Positions 18,475-28,069 of a DNA stretch of 64,000 bases are shown piece after piece. A program made the position numbers and the translations under genes. The notes beneath the pieces are model-generated. The model saw only the letters and a list, made by a program, of their open reading frames with translations, had not been told where the DNA came from and ran no database searches. How positions within the stretch are numbered: position 1 is the stretch's first letter; every line of letters starts with the position of its first letter. Origin of the DNA: a bacterium (GTDB taxonomy: Bacteria > Patescibacteriota > Patescibacteriia > Magasanikbacterales > GWA2-37-8); the NCBI GenBank assembly GCA_043810165.1, contig JBDROJ010000019.1, forward strand, positions 17,524-81,523, in the 5' to 3' direction.

Positions 18475-18996
18475 ATGAAGATAATAATAGGTTTAGGAAA
18501 TCCCGGCGCCAAGTATGCCAAAACCCGCCACAATGTCGGCTGGATGATTTTGGACGAGCTATCAGATGGCAAATGGCATGAAAGTAAAAAGTCTAAAGCT
18601 ATGTATTTGAAGACTGAGATTGATGGTGAACAAGTTGAATTGATAAAGCCGTTAACTTTTATGAATAATTCTGGCCATTCGGTGTCACATACAATCAAAA
18701 ATCATAATTTAAAATTAGACAAAGATTTAATTGTAATACATGATGATAAAGATATTGAACTTGGAAAAATAAAAGTACAAGCTGACCGCAGTTCTGCTGG
18801 ACACAAAGGCGTACAATCAATTATTCAACAATTGGGCACGCAAAATTTCATCCGTGTACGAGTTGGCATTGCCAACAAAAAATCTCTAACACAATCCACT
18901 GATAAATTTGTTTTAAAAAAATTCGGCTGGCTGGAAAAGACAAAGCTTAAACAAACCATTGACCAAGCTGTGCTGGAAATTAAAAAACTTCTATAA
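18475..18996 (+). CDS. pth: Peptidyl-tRNA hydrolase
   Basis: MKIIIGLGNPGAKYAKTRHNVGWMILDEL is the canonical Pth N-terminus with the catalytic His. Confidence 0.9.
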   Translation: MKIIIGLGNPGAKYAKTRHNVGWMILDELSDGKWHESKKSKAMYLKTEIDGEQVELIKPLTFMNNSGHSVSHTIKNHNLKLDKDLIVIHDDKDIELGKIKVQADRSSAGHKGVQSIIQQLGTQNFIRVRVGIANKKSLTQSTDKFVLKKFGWLEKTKLKQTIDQAVLEIKKLL

Positions 18997-19001
18997 ACAA
19001 T

Positions 19002-19880
19002 ATGAAGGAGGGAACAATTCAAACTGTTAAATTGGGGATGCCCGGCTATCCTAATTTATTATCTCAAATAAGTGATCCGCCAAAGGTCTTGTATTTTCGC
19101 GGTGATTTAAAATTAGCTGATCAGCCAAGTCTAGGCATAGTTGGAAAACGCAAATACAGCGCTTACGGACGACAGATCTGCGAACAGATAACAAGCTCGC
19201 TAGCCAGGCAAGGCTTGGTTATTGTAAGCGGGCTAGCCCTGGGAATTGACAGCTTTGCGCATCAATCTGCTTTAAATAATCAAGGCAAAACCATTGCTAT
19301 TCTTGGTTCCGGAGTGGACAAATATACAATTTATCCTGCTAGCAATCGTTTACTTGCCGAACAAATAATTCAGCAAGGCGGACTGGTTATGTCTGAATAT
19401 GCACCGGGAACCATGCCAACCGCTTATTCATTCCCCATGCGCAACCGCATCATTGCCGGGTTGAGCCTTGGTACTTTGGTTGTGGAAGCGGCCATAAAAT
19501 CAGGCGCTCTAATTACATCTTCCTGCGCTTTGGATTATAATAGAGAAGTGTTTGCTATTCCACATCCAATCAACTCAATAACAGGAGAAGGCGCAAATAA
19601 TCTGCTTAAACAAGGGGCTCATCTTGTAACCTGCGCTCAAGATATTATCCAAGTGCTTAAATTAGAATATTTAAAAAATCCAAATGAAAACAGAAAACCA
19701 AATATTAATAACGAACTTGAAAACAAAATTTGGTTGGAACTTTCTCAAAAGCCAATGCACATAGATAATATAATAAAACAGACAAAACTTGACAGCTCCA
19801 CGGTTAGTGGTACACTAATGCTTATGGAAATCAAAAAATTAGTAAAAAACTTAGGAGGAATGATGTATATTAAAAATTAA
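19002..19880 (+). CDS. dprA: DNA processing protein DprA (Smf)
   Basis: Rossmann-like DprA core GLALGIDSFAHQSAL...AIPHPINS and a C-terminal winged-helix-like tail. Confidence 0.8.
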   Translation: MKEGTIQTVKLGMPGYPNLLSQISDPPKVLYFRGDLKLADQPSLGIVGKRKYSAYGRQICEQITSSLARQGLVIVSGLALGIDSFAHQSALNNQGKTIAILGSGVDKYTIYPASNRLLAEQIIQQGGLVMSEYAPGTMPTAYSFPMRNRIIAGLSLGTLVVEAAIKSGALITSSCALDYNREVFAIPHPINSITGEGANNLLKQGAHLVTCAQDIIQVLKLEYLKNPNENRKPNINNELENKIWLELSQKPMHIDNIIKQTKLDSSTVSGTLMLMEIKKLVKNLGGMMYIKN

Positions 19881-19889
19881 CTAACTCAT

Positions 19890-20558
19890 ATGCTAACACA
19901 AAAAAGAAAAAAAGTCTTGTTTGTAGCTATATTCGCGGTCATCGGTTTTGTGGCCATGCAGTTTAAGTTCACTGAAATCGTGGGTTCAAGCCTGCGTTTC
20001 AGCCTATTTGATTTTTATGGACCGATTGTGGCCGGATTTATTGGATCAGTTTGGGGATTGGCCACTGTAGTAATTATGCAAATCATAAATTGGGCATGGC
20101 ATGGATTTGCCATGGATGCAGGAACCATAATTCGCTTCTTTCCAATGTTATTGGCCGTCCTATACTTTGCTAAAAAATCAAAATGGATTTTGGTGGTACC
20201 GGTAATTGCCATGATATCTTTTTGGATTCACCCTGAAGGCAGGCAGGCATGGTATTATGCCCTGTATTGGCTCATACCTATAATCATGTATTTCTGGCAC
20301 GATAAATTTATCTTTGCCCGCGCTCTTGGCACCACTTTTACAGCTCATAGTGTCGGTGGCATGCTCTGGGTTTGGATTTTTAATTTGAAAGCTTCTGTTT
20401 GGATCGGCCTGATACCTATTACTTTCATGGAACGCTGTTTGATGGCCGTTGGTATTATTATTACATATATTGCCTTCAACTATATTTTAAGTCTGGTGGG
20501 CAAGAAAATAAAACTACCAAACTTCGTAAAACTAAATGAAAAATACTCGGCTAAATAA
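19890..20558 (+). CDS. Hypothetical polytopic membrane protein (5-6 TM; possibly an ECF-transporter S-component-like)
   Basis: 222 aa made up of hydrophobic helices. No soluble domain. Confidence 0.35.
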   Translation: MLTQKRKKVLFVAIFAVIGFVAMQFKFTEIVGSSLRFSLFDFYGPIVAGFIGSVWGLATVVIMQIINWAWHGFAMDAGTIIRFFPMLLAVLYFAKKSKWILVVPVIAMISFWIHPEGRQAWYYALYWLIPIIMYFWHDKFIFARALGTTFTAHSVGGMLWVWIFNLKASVWIGLIPITFMERCLMAVGIIITYIAFNYILSLVGKKIKLPNFVKLNEKYSAK

Positions 20559-20567
20559 TCAGTTTGA

Positions 20568-20752
20568 TCTGTCATTGTGAGGAGTGTAGTGTTACTGTCA
20601 TTGCGAGCGTGGCATTTCTGTCATTGCGAGCGTGGCATTTCTGTCATTGCGAGCGTAAGCGAAGCAATCTCGTCATCATAGAACCAACGGGATTGCTTCG
20701 TCGCTCCACTCCTCGCAATGACAGTGAATCGCTCGCAATGACAAACAAAAAT
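20568..20752. repeat. Nested palindromic repeat element, copy B (three tandem left half-sites)
   Basis: gtcattgtgaggag...ctgtcattgcgagcgtggcatttctgtcattgcgagcgtggcatttctgtcattgcgagcgtaagcgaagcaatctcg...cgggattgcttcg...cctcgcaatgacag...gctcgcaatgacaaac. The 64-aa ORF 20564..20758 lies inside it and is spurious. Confidence 0.8.
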
Positions 20753-20754
20753 TT

Positions 20755-22068
20755 ATGAACTACACTCAAGCCTACAATTACTTAATATCCTTAAATAATC
20801 TCCCTCGCAATGAATACATGAAGGATCCGCGACACTGTAGCTGGTATCTAAAACGGCTACAGTTTTTTTTGAATATTATTGGCAATCCAGAAAAAAAAGT
20901 CCCTCATTATATTCACGTCACCGGCACAAGTGGCAAAGGTTCGGTTTGTTTATTGCTTGATTCAATACTGCGAGCCAATGGACAAAAAGTCGGCGTTTTA
21001 ACTTCTCCGCATCCGTCAGTTATTACTGAAAGATGGGATATAAACGGCAAGCCAATGAGCCAAAAACAATTCAGCCAAAATATCAGCCAATTAAAATCCA
21101 AACTTGATCAGTATGTTAGAAAGACTCCGTATGACATGCTTTCCTACGGGGAATTTTCCACGGCCATGGCGCTATATCACTTTGCCAAGCAAAAAGTGGA
21201 TTGGGCCGTATTGGAAGTGGGCTGTGGAGGACGTTATGATTCTACAAATATAATCCCGCATAAAGACACAGCCGTGATAACCAATATAGGATTGGATCAC
21301 AAGGGCATAATCGGCAATACCAAGACAAAGATCGCCTACGAAAAATCCGGAATCATTAAAAAAGGATGTAAAGTCTTTACAATGGAAAAAAATAAAAAGA
21401 TTATAGAAGTCATAAAAAAAGAAAATAAAAAAAATAAAACTGAATTTAATATAATCAAGAATACAAGCAAAATTTTACAACAAGATCTGGACGGCATTAA
21501 ATTTAATCATGCAGGTGAAAACTATTTTCTCCCGATTCTGGGAAAACATCAAATAGACAACGCTGTTCTGGCCATTGAAATCGCTCTCTCTTTAAAAATT
21601 CCTGTAAACAATATTAAACAAGGATTAAAAAAAGTTAAGATCCCTGTATGCATGGAAATCGTTTCAAAAAAACCATTGATTATTTTGGACGGAGGACATA
21701 ACCCGGAAAAAATCAAAACTACTGTGGCCACAGCAAAGTTTATAAACAAGCCGATACATCTGATAGTTGGCTTCTCTTACAACAAACAATGGCTCAACAT
21801 GATTAAACAGCTATCCGAATTGGATCCACTGTCCATAGCCTGCACGCGCTTTACTGAAAATTATTTCCGTAAAGCAACCAATCCAAAAGACATAGCTGAT
21901 GAATTTAAAAAATATCTACCTAAAATAAAAACAGAGGTCTTTCTAGACCCAAAGGACGCGCTTGCGTGGTCAAAAAAACAAATAGAAACCAACGATTTGA
22001 TTCTAACAACTGGTTCAGTATTTTTAGGCGGAGAATTGCGAAAACTTTTTAAAAACACTCTGTGTTGA
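20755..22068 (+). CDS. folC: Mur-ligase-family folylpolyglutamate synthase / dihydrofolate synthase-like protein
   Basis: P-loop VTGTSGKGSV, NIGLDHKG motif, and Mur ligase middle and C-terminal domains. Confidence 0.7.
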   Translation: MNYTQAYNYLISLNNLPRNEYMKDPRHCSWYLKRLQFFLNIIGNPEKKVPHYIHVTGTSGKGSVCLLLDSILRANGQKVGVLTSPHPSVITERWDINGKPMSQKQFSQNISQLKSKLDQYVRKTPYDMLSYGEFSTAMALYHFAKQKVDWAVLEVGCGGRYDSTNIIPHKDTAVITNIGLDHKGIIGNTKTKIAYEKSGIIKKGCKVFTMEKNKKIIEVIKKENKKNKTEFNIIKNTSKILQQDLDGIKFNHAGENYFLPILGKHQIDNAVLAIEIALSLKIPVNNIKQGLKKVKIPVCMEIVSKKPLIILDGGHNPEKIKTTVATAKFINKPIHLIVGFSYNKQWLNMIKQLSELDPLSIACTRFTENYFRKATNPKDIADEFKKYLPKIKTEVFLDPKDALAWSKKQIETNDLILTTGSVFLGGELRKLFKNTLC

Positions 22069-22216
22069 CAATTCAACAAAACTCGGATATTATAATGAAT
22101 AAAACATTTTAGTATAGAAGTAGTATTGAGTTACCTTCGACATTCGACTCAAATTAGTCGCAATATTAAGATGTTTATGAGACTAATTTAAAAAACTTAA
22201 TATGAGTTCATAAACT

Positions 22217-24418
22217 ATGTCCACATTAGTAATAGTAGAATCCCCGACCAAAGCAAAAACCATCTCTAAATTTTTAGGAAAAGACTTTATTGTAAAGTCT
22301 TCTTTTGGCCATCTACGCGATCTGCCAAAAAGCAAACTTGGGGTGGATGTGAAAAATGGTTTTAAACCTCAATATATAATCAGCCAAGGCAAAGGAAAAA
22401 CTGTTAAAGAACTTAAAGAAGCCTCTAAAAAAACCAAAGATATTCTATTCGCTACTGATGAAGATAGAGAAGGCGAAGCCATATCATATCATCTGGCTCA
22501 TATTCTGGGCATTAAACCTGAAAAGGCTCAAAGAATTGTATTTCATGAGATAACCAAGCATGCAATAACAGAGGCGCTGGAGCACCCGCGGGCTTTAGAT
22601 CTTAAATTATTTGATGCTCAACAAGCACGCCGAATCTTGGATAGACTGGTGGGTTATCAGCTATCACCTTTCTTATGGAAAAAAGTTGCACGAGGCTTAT
22701 CAGCTGGAAGAGTTCAATCTGTGGCTGTGCGACTTGTGGTTGAACGCGAACGTGAAATTGACGCATTCAAACCGCAAGAATATTGGACCGTGGAAGGATT
22801 ATTTTCCAAAGACAAAAAAGGTCAAATCACTGCCAAGTTAATTTCAATTAAAAGCAAAAAAGTTGGCAAGCTGAATATTAAAAACAAGAAACAAGTAGAC
22901 GAAATTTTATCCGATCTGGATGGCGCAAAATATGAGATCGCCAACGTGGAACAAAAAAAGAAAATACGCAATCCTTTGGCTCCTTTCACCACTTCCACTC
23001 TACAACAAGAAGCCAACCAGCGCTTGGGCTTTTCAGCTAAACAAACAATGCGCTTGGCTCAACAATTATATGAAGGAATTAGAATAACCGGCAATGGACA
23101 GGTGGGCTTAATCACATATATGAGAACCGATTCAGTAAACTTATCAGAAAAATTTTTGAATGAGTCTAGGGATTTTATTAAAAAAGAATATGGCAATCAA
23201 TATGCTTTGGACAAGCCAAGATTTTTTAAGAAAAAATCTAAAAATGCCCAAGAAGCGCATGAAGCAATTCGGCCAACTCACGCCGAATATTCCCCAGAAT
23301 CCATTGAAGAAAATCTTACCCCTCAACAATTCAAGCTATATAATCTGATCTGGAGAAAAGCCATGGCCAGCCAAATGTCTCCGGCTGAATTAAATGCCAC
23401 CATTATTGATATTTCAAGCAATAACGACTATATATTCCGAGCTAATGGACAGGTAATTGTGTTTGATGGGTTTTTAAAACTTTATCCTGATAAGACCAAA
23501 GAAAATTTATTGCCTCAGCTTAGTAGTGGAGATAAAATGGATTGTAGAGAAATAAAAACCGAACAGCACTTTACTGAACCGCCTGCCCGCTATTCAGACG
23601 CCACTTTGGTAAAGGCCTTGGAAGAATATGGCATCGGCCGGCCTTCAACTTATGCGCCCACCTTGGCCACCATAGAAAGCCGAAATTATGTGGAACGCAC
23701 CGAAAACAAGAAATTTAAACCAACTGATATAGCATATATTGTCAATGATCTATTAGTTGAACATTTTGACAAAATAGTTGACTATCAATTTACAGCTGAT
23801 ATGGAAAATTATCTGGATGATATAGCTACTGGAGAAAAACAATGGAAGGAAGTTCTCACCAATTTTTACGTACCATTTAAAGAAAATTTAGACAAAAAAG
23901 ACAAAGAATTAACCAAAAAAGAAATTACCGAAGAAAAAACTGATGAGATATGCGACAAATGTAAATCAGCCATGGTAATTAAGCACGGACGCTTTGGCAA
24001 ATTCTTGGCTTGTGGCAATTATCCTGAATGTAAAAATACCAAGAACATTACCAAAGAAGGAAAAATCGAAGATAACGAACCTGAATTATCCGATGAAAAA
24101 TGCGAAAAATGTGGATCGCCAATGGCCAAAAAACACGGTCGCTACGGCGCTTTCTTGGGCTGTTCAAATTATCCAGATTGCAAAAACATTAAAAATATTG
24201 AAAACAAAATCGGGGTTAAATGTCCAGAATGTGACAAGGGTGATATTGTTGAAAGAAAAAGCAAACGTGGCAAAACTTTTTATGGCTGTAATAGTTATCC
24301 AAAATGCAAATTTGCTTTGTGGAGCAAGCCAACTGGCGAACAATGCAAAAAATGCAAAAGCTTAATGATCTACGGAGCTAAAGATACTACTAAGTGCAGT
24401 AATAAGGAATGTAAATAA
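22217..24418 (+). CDS. topA: DNA topoisomerase I with C-terminal zinc-ribbon repeats
   Basis: TOPRIM N-terminus (VIVESPTKAKTI, DEDREGE), a YMRTDS active-site Tyr region, and four C4 zinc ribbons (CDKCKS...CGNYPECK etc.). Confidence 0.9.
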   Translation: MSTLVIVESPTKAKTISKFLGKDFIVKSSFGHLRDLPKSKLGVDVKNGFKPQYIISQGKGKTVKELKEASKKTKDILFATDEDREGEAISYHLAHILGIKPEKAQRIVFHEITKHAITEALEHPRALDLKLFDAQQARRILDRLVGYQLSPFLWKKVARGLSAGRVQSVAVRLVVEREREIDAFKPQEYWTVEGLFSKDKKGQITAKLISIKSKKVGKLNIKNKKQVDEILSDLDGAKYEIANVEQKKKIRNPLAPFTTSTLQQEANQRLGFSAKQTMRLAQQLYEGIRITGNGQVGLITYMRTDSVNLSEKFLNESRDFIKKEYGNQYALDKPRFFKKKSKNAQEAHEAIRPTHAEYSPESIEENLTPQQFKLYNLIWRKAMASQMSPAELNATIIDISSNNDYIFRANGQVIVFDGFLKLYPDKTKENLLPQLSSGDKMDCREIKTEQHFTEPPARYSDATLVKALEEYGIGRPSTYAPTLATIESRNYVERTENKKFKPTDIAYIVNDLLVEHFDKIVDYQFTADMENYLDDIATGEKQWKEVLTNFYVPFKENLDKKDKELTKKEITEEKTDEICDKCKSAMVIKHGRFGKFLACGNYPECKNTKNITKEGKIEDNEPELSDEKCEKCGSPMAKKHGRYGAFLGCSNYPDCKNIKNIENKIGVKCPECDKGDIVERKSKRGKTFYGCNSYPKCKFALWSKPTGEQCKKCKSLMIYGAKDTTKCSNKECK

Positions 24419-24440
24419 ATAACAATTTCTTCTTAAATAA

Positions 24441-24474
24441 AAAACTACCATTTTAATCAGGTAGTTTTTTATTA
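24441..24474 (+). terminator. Rho-independent terminator of topA
   Basis: aaaaactacc-attttaatca-ggtagtttttt hairpin followed by a T-run. Confidence 0.6.
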
Positions 24475-24611
24475 TTGTGTCCCCCGACCAGAATAATCAG
24501 GGAATATCTTCTTGGTACCAACAAGAATGAGCCCGCTTTTTGCTTTGACGGTAGCGAGCAGGAACCGTGATGTCGTTAAAAACGACTGGTTGGAAACGTG
24601 AAGTAGAGAAT

Positions 24612-24815
24612 CTAGTTGGCGCTTACCAACGAAAGGATCTTCTTGAGGGTGATGACCCGACCCAACACAGAGACATACACTCCCTTGGTCATGGACGCAC
24701 CCACACGTACTTGCGGAGCAACTTGCACTGATCCGCCCACGCCTTTGCGACCGATATTCAGGCGTTTTCCTTTGCGCTGAATGGACTTGCCGAACTTGAA
24801 CCAGCCACTAAGCAT
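24612..24815 (-). CDS. Small basic protein (67 aa), translationally coupled to the upstream zinc-ribbon gene. It has a weak bL27-like flavour
   Basis: ATG at 24815 lies 5 nt after the upstream TAG, with an AGGAAG SD overlapping the end of the upstream gene. The sequence is MLSGWFKFGKSIQRKGKRLNIGRKGVGGSVQVAPQVRVGASMTKGVYVSVLGRV.... GC-rich codon usage. Confidence 0.4.
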   Translation of the reverse strand: MLSGWFKFGKSIQRKGKRLNIGRKGVGGSVQVAPQVRVGASMTKGVYVSVLGRVITLKKILSLVSAN

Positions 24816-24819
24816 AGCA

Positions 24820-25496
24820 CTACTTCCTGCTACTGGACTTGGTGCGACCACGGGAAGACGGCTTCTTCGGCTCCTTGGGTAGAGCAACCACGTCGTCGCC
24901 ATCCTCGTCGCCCTCCATGTAATGCTTGGCGTAATGCTTGGCCGTCTCACAGAACATCTCCTCGATGGGCTCGGCCAGGGCGTCCATCATCTTGCCCATG
25001 TTGAAGTCCAACGAGTGCTTGGCACCGGCCAGGAGCTGATCCTGCAGTGGAAGCTTCTTCTCGCTGTGCATGGACCATGCCGTACCCGCGCCAAGGATGA
25101 GCACGTTGGCCAAGGTCCGCTCCACCGCTCGCAAGGTCTGGCTGGAGTCGATGAACTCCTCGGGGTAAGGCAGGTTGTACTTCTTACACACTGCCCGCAG
25201 ACCGCGCACGAACGGGCTGGTGACCACACGGTTACCCAGAGCCATCTTGCCACCCTTGGCAAACGAACCGCCGATGATCTCGCCCATCTTTCTCAGGAAC
25301 CTGGGTTTCTCGTTCTCTTCCATCTTCTTCTTCTCGTTTTTAGGGTTGATATCTTCGTCGTACTCACTGTCTTCAGAGTCAAACCAGCCAATCTCTTCAC
25401 CACACAACAGGCACTTCTCAGCGAATTCCTCCACACTTGCTTCACAGGCCGGACAAACCCAATCAGATATTTCTTCTGTTCCTGTGTTAACTTCCA
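24820..25496 (-). CDS. Zinc-ribbon protein of unknown function, encoded in a GC-rich island
   Basis: A perfect SD (AGGAGG, reverse complement of 25501-25509) lies 6 nt upstream of the ATG at 25496. The N-terminus is MEVNTGTEEISDWVCPACEASVEEFAEKCLLCGEE (a C4 ribbon). GC content is ~53% against ~33% in the surroundings. I recognise no family motif. Confidence 0.55.
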
Positions 25497-25696
25497 TACT
25501 GACCTCCTGTTTTTTCTCTTGTTCTAAATGATTGTTCACTATCTGGAGTTGGTTTTCAACGAACTAATTCATCACTTGATCAATCCTTAATTATATATTA
25601 AATAACCCATTCTGTCAATACTTTCCACAGAATTACCTATTTATATAGCTTTATGTAAAATTAGCAAAATATTATATGTCATCTGTGTCGAAATAC

Positions 25697-25725
25697 TTGA
25701 CAAATTCATAATTATGCTGTATATT
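25697..25725 (+). promoter_or_regulatory. Sigma70-like promoter (TTGACA-17nt-TATATT) for the TrmB regulator gene
   Basis: TTGACA at 25697-25702 and TATATT at 25720-25725, ~35 nt upstream of the 25759 ATG. Confidence 0.5.
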
Positions 25726-25758
25726 AACAAATAATAGCATACACTTATCCCCTAAAAT

Positions 25759-26490
25759 ATGAACAACATTAGCCAAATTCTAAAAAACCTAGGTTTAAAT
25801 AGCAAAGAAACCAAAATATACCTGGCTCTTTTAGAGCTAGGTACAGGCACAGTTCAACAAGTGGCCCGAGAAGCTAAAATCAAAAGAACTAATGTTTATG
25901 ACCACCTAGGCGACATGAAAGCCATGGGCTTGCTTAGTGAAATTAAACATGATAAAAAAACTTTACTTATCCCAGAAAATCCCCAGATTTTAAAACAAAA
26001 AGCATGTGAAAACCTAGAAAACATTAACCATGCCATGCCAGAACTGCTTGGCATCTTTAATACTCCTGGCTCTAAACCAACCATTAAATTTTATGAAGGC
26101 AAACAAGGTTTAAAGCAGGCTTTTGAACGAATATTACAAGAAGTAGACAGTGGTATTTATGCCATAACAGATGCAGAACAAATGATGGCCACAATGGATG
26201 AAAAATACATGTGGAATTGGGCTGTTAGAAGAGCAAACAAAGACATAACTTACCAAGCTATTATAAAAGAGGGTAAAAAAGGAAAAATGGCCAAAAAATT
26301 AGACAAAAAACAAAAAAGAGAAACTAAACTAGTAAAGGATGTTAAATTCTCTACTGAAATACTGATATTTGATAATAAGGTAGCCATGATGAGTTACAAA
26401 AAACCTTACAGTGCCACTATTATCGAAGATATCGCCGTTGCCGACACCATGAGAGCAATGTGGAAGGGCTGGTGGAATAGTTTGAAATAA
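25759..26490 (+). CDS. TrmB-family transcriptional regulator
   Basis: N-terminal wHTH ILKNLGLNSKETKIYLALLELGTGTVQQVAREAKIKRTNVYDHL is typical of TrmB. A paralog sits at 54916..55671. Confidence 0.65.
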   Translation: MNNISQILKNLGLNSKETKIYLALLELGTGTVQQVAREAKIKRTNVYDHLGDMKAMGLLSEIKHDKKTLLIPENPQILKQKACENLENINHAMPELLGIFNTPGSKPTIKFYEGKQGLKQAFERILQEVDSGIYAITDAEQMMATMDEKYMWNWAVRRANKDITYQAIIKEGKKGKMAKKLDKKQKRETKLVKDVKFSTEILIFDNKVAMMSYKKPYSATIIEDIAVADTMRAMWKGWWNSLK

Positions 26491-26531
26491 TCTCTTGATT
26501 TACCCTCTATTCTAGGCTATACTACCAATAT

Positions 26532-28043
26532 ATGCGTCAAAAAATTGACATACAAAAAAATCCGCATCCAAGAGAACTCTTTAAAGAGCTCAAAACCTAT
26601 TGTCATAGTGACGATATTGTTCTTGTCAGGCTTGCTTATGATTTCGCAGAAAAAGCACATCGAGGACAGGTACGCAAATCAGGCCAGCCATATATTAGCC
26701 ACCCGCTGGCAACAGCCCTTCTATTGTCACAAATAAAAATTGACATCAATATTATCATTGCCGCTCTTTTACATGACGTGCCAGAAGATACGCCAGTAAC
26801 TCTTGAGGAAGTAGAAAAAAACTTTGGCGCAGATGTATCCTCTATGGTTAAGGGAATTACCAAATTGGGGCATCTTAAATATCGCGGAGTAGAAAGATAC
26901 ATAGAAAACTTGCGCAAAATGTTTATAGCAATGGCCGAAGATATTCGTGTCATGCTTATTAAATTTGCTGATAGAATTCATAATTTATCTACTTTGGAAA
27001 ACCTTTCTCCTAAAAAAAGATACCGCATTGCTTTAGAAAGTTTGGAAATTTACGCCCCCATAGCCAATCGACTCGGCATCGGTGAATTCAAACATATGTT
27101 GGAAGACTATGCCTTCCCCCATATATACCCCAAGGAATATGAAAAAACCTTGCAAATACGGCAAAATTACTTGACCGGCCAAGAAATTCATCTAGAAAAT
27201 ATCATGGAAATAATCAGACAAGAGTTAAATAAAGCCGATATAAAATGCATAGACGTGCATGGTCGAGAAAAAACCTTGTATAGCCTTTACAAAAAAATAC
27301 AGCGCAAAGGCTGGGACGAATTAGATAAAATATATGATATTGTTGCCTTAAGAATAATAGTACCGAATATTGGGGATTGCTATGCCACTCTAGGGATAAT
27401 ACACAAACTATGGAGGCCACTAAAAGGCAGAATTAAAGATTATATTTCTCAACCCAAACCAAACGGATACAAATCTATTCATACCACGGTATTCTGCGAG
27501 AATGGCAAAATAGTAGAATTTCAAATTCGCGATCAGCAAATGCATGGAGAAGCTGAATTTGGCGTGGCCTCGCACTGGCACTATGACGAAAACGGGGCTA
27601 GTTTACCAAACAAAGATATTTACTGGGCCAAAGAATTAGCTGAAGTCCAAAAAAGTATCTTATCAAAACTTTCTGACCTGGATGATTTAAAAGTTGATTT
27701 CTTTAAAAACCGTATTTTTGTATTCACACCGCGCGGAGATGTTATTGATCTGCCTGAAGATGCTACTCCAGTGGACTTTGCTTATCATATCCATACTGAT
27801 ATAGGACATCATTGCAACGGAGCCAAAATAAATGATCAAATGGTAAGCTTAGACACTCTTTTAAATAGTGGCGACGTAGTAGAAATTACAGTGGACAAAA
27901 ATCGCAAGGGCCCGAGCCCGGATTGGTTGAAATCCGTAAAAACTCATGTGGCTCGAAGTAGAATAAAAAACAAATTAAAAGAACAAAAGGGACATTGGCT
28001 GATACAAAAAATTATAAATAAGAAAAACAAAAACTCCGACTGA
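26532..28043 (+). CDS. rel: RelA/SpoT-family (p)ppGpp synthetase/hydrolase, short form (HD + synthetase + TGS; no ACT/CTD)
   Basis: HD motif HDVPEDT, synthetase region (RIKDYISQPKPNGYKSIHT), and a TGS-like VFTPRGDVIDLPEDATPVDFAYHIHTDIGHHCNGAKIN. Only 503 aa. Confidence 0.8.
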   Translation: MRQKIDIQKNPHPRELFKELKTYCHSDDIVLVRLAYDFAEKAHRGQVRKSGQPYISHPLATALLLSQIKIDINIIIAALLHDVPEDTPVTLEEVEKNFGADVSSMVKGITKLGHLKYRGVERYIENLRKMFIAMAEDIRVMLIKFADRIHNLSTLENLSPKKRYRIALESLEIYAPIANRLGIGEFKHMLEDYAFPHIYPKEYEKTLQIRQNYLTGQEIHLENIMEIIRQELNKADIKCIDVHGREKTLYSLYKKIQRKGWDELDKIYDIVALRIIVPNIGDCYATLGIIHKLWRPLKGRIKDYISQPKPNGYKSIHTTVFCENGKIVEFQIRDQQMHGEAEFGVASHWHYDENGASLPNKDIYWAKELAEVQKSILSKLSDLDDLKVDFFKNRIFVFTPRGDVIDLPEDATPVDFAYHIHTDIGHHCNGAKINDQMVSLDTLLNSGDVVEITVDKNRKGPSPDWLKSVKTHVARSRIKNKLKEQKGHWLIQKIINKKNKNSD

Positions 28044-28065
28044 TAAATAAACCGGAGTTTTTTAT
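28031..28065 (+). terminator. Rho-independent terminator overlapping the rel stop codon
   Basis: aactccg...cggagtt hairpin followed by TTTTTATTT. Confidence 0.5.
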
Positions 28066-28069
28066 TTCT

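Noticed and set aside
20564-20758. 64-aa ORF inside repeat copy B
   Set aside because: It lies entirely within the palindromic repeat (its translation HCEECSVTVIASVAFLSLRAWHFCHCER mirrors the repeat units). No RBS.
24922-25531. Plus-strand ORFs 24922..25527, 25175..25531 and minus ORF 24987..25262 in the GC-rich island
   Set aside because: They are antisense or alternative frames made open by high GC. They lack SD sequences, whereas the two chosen minus-strand genes have strong SDs and coupling.
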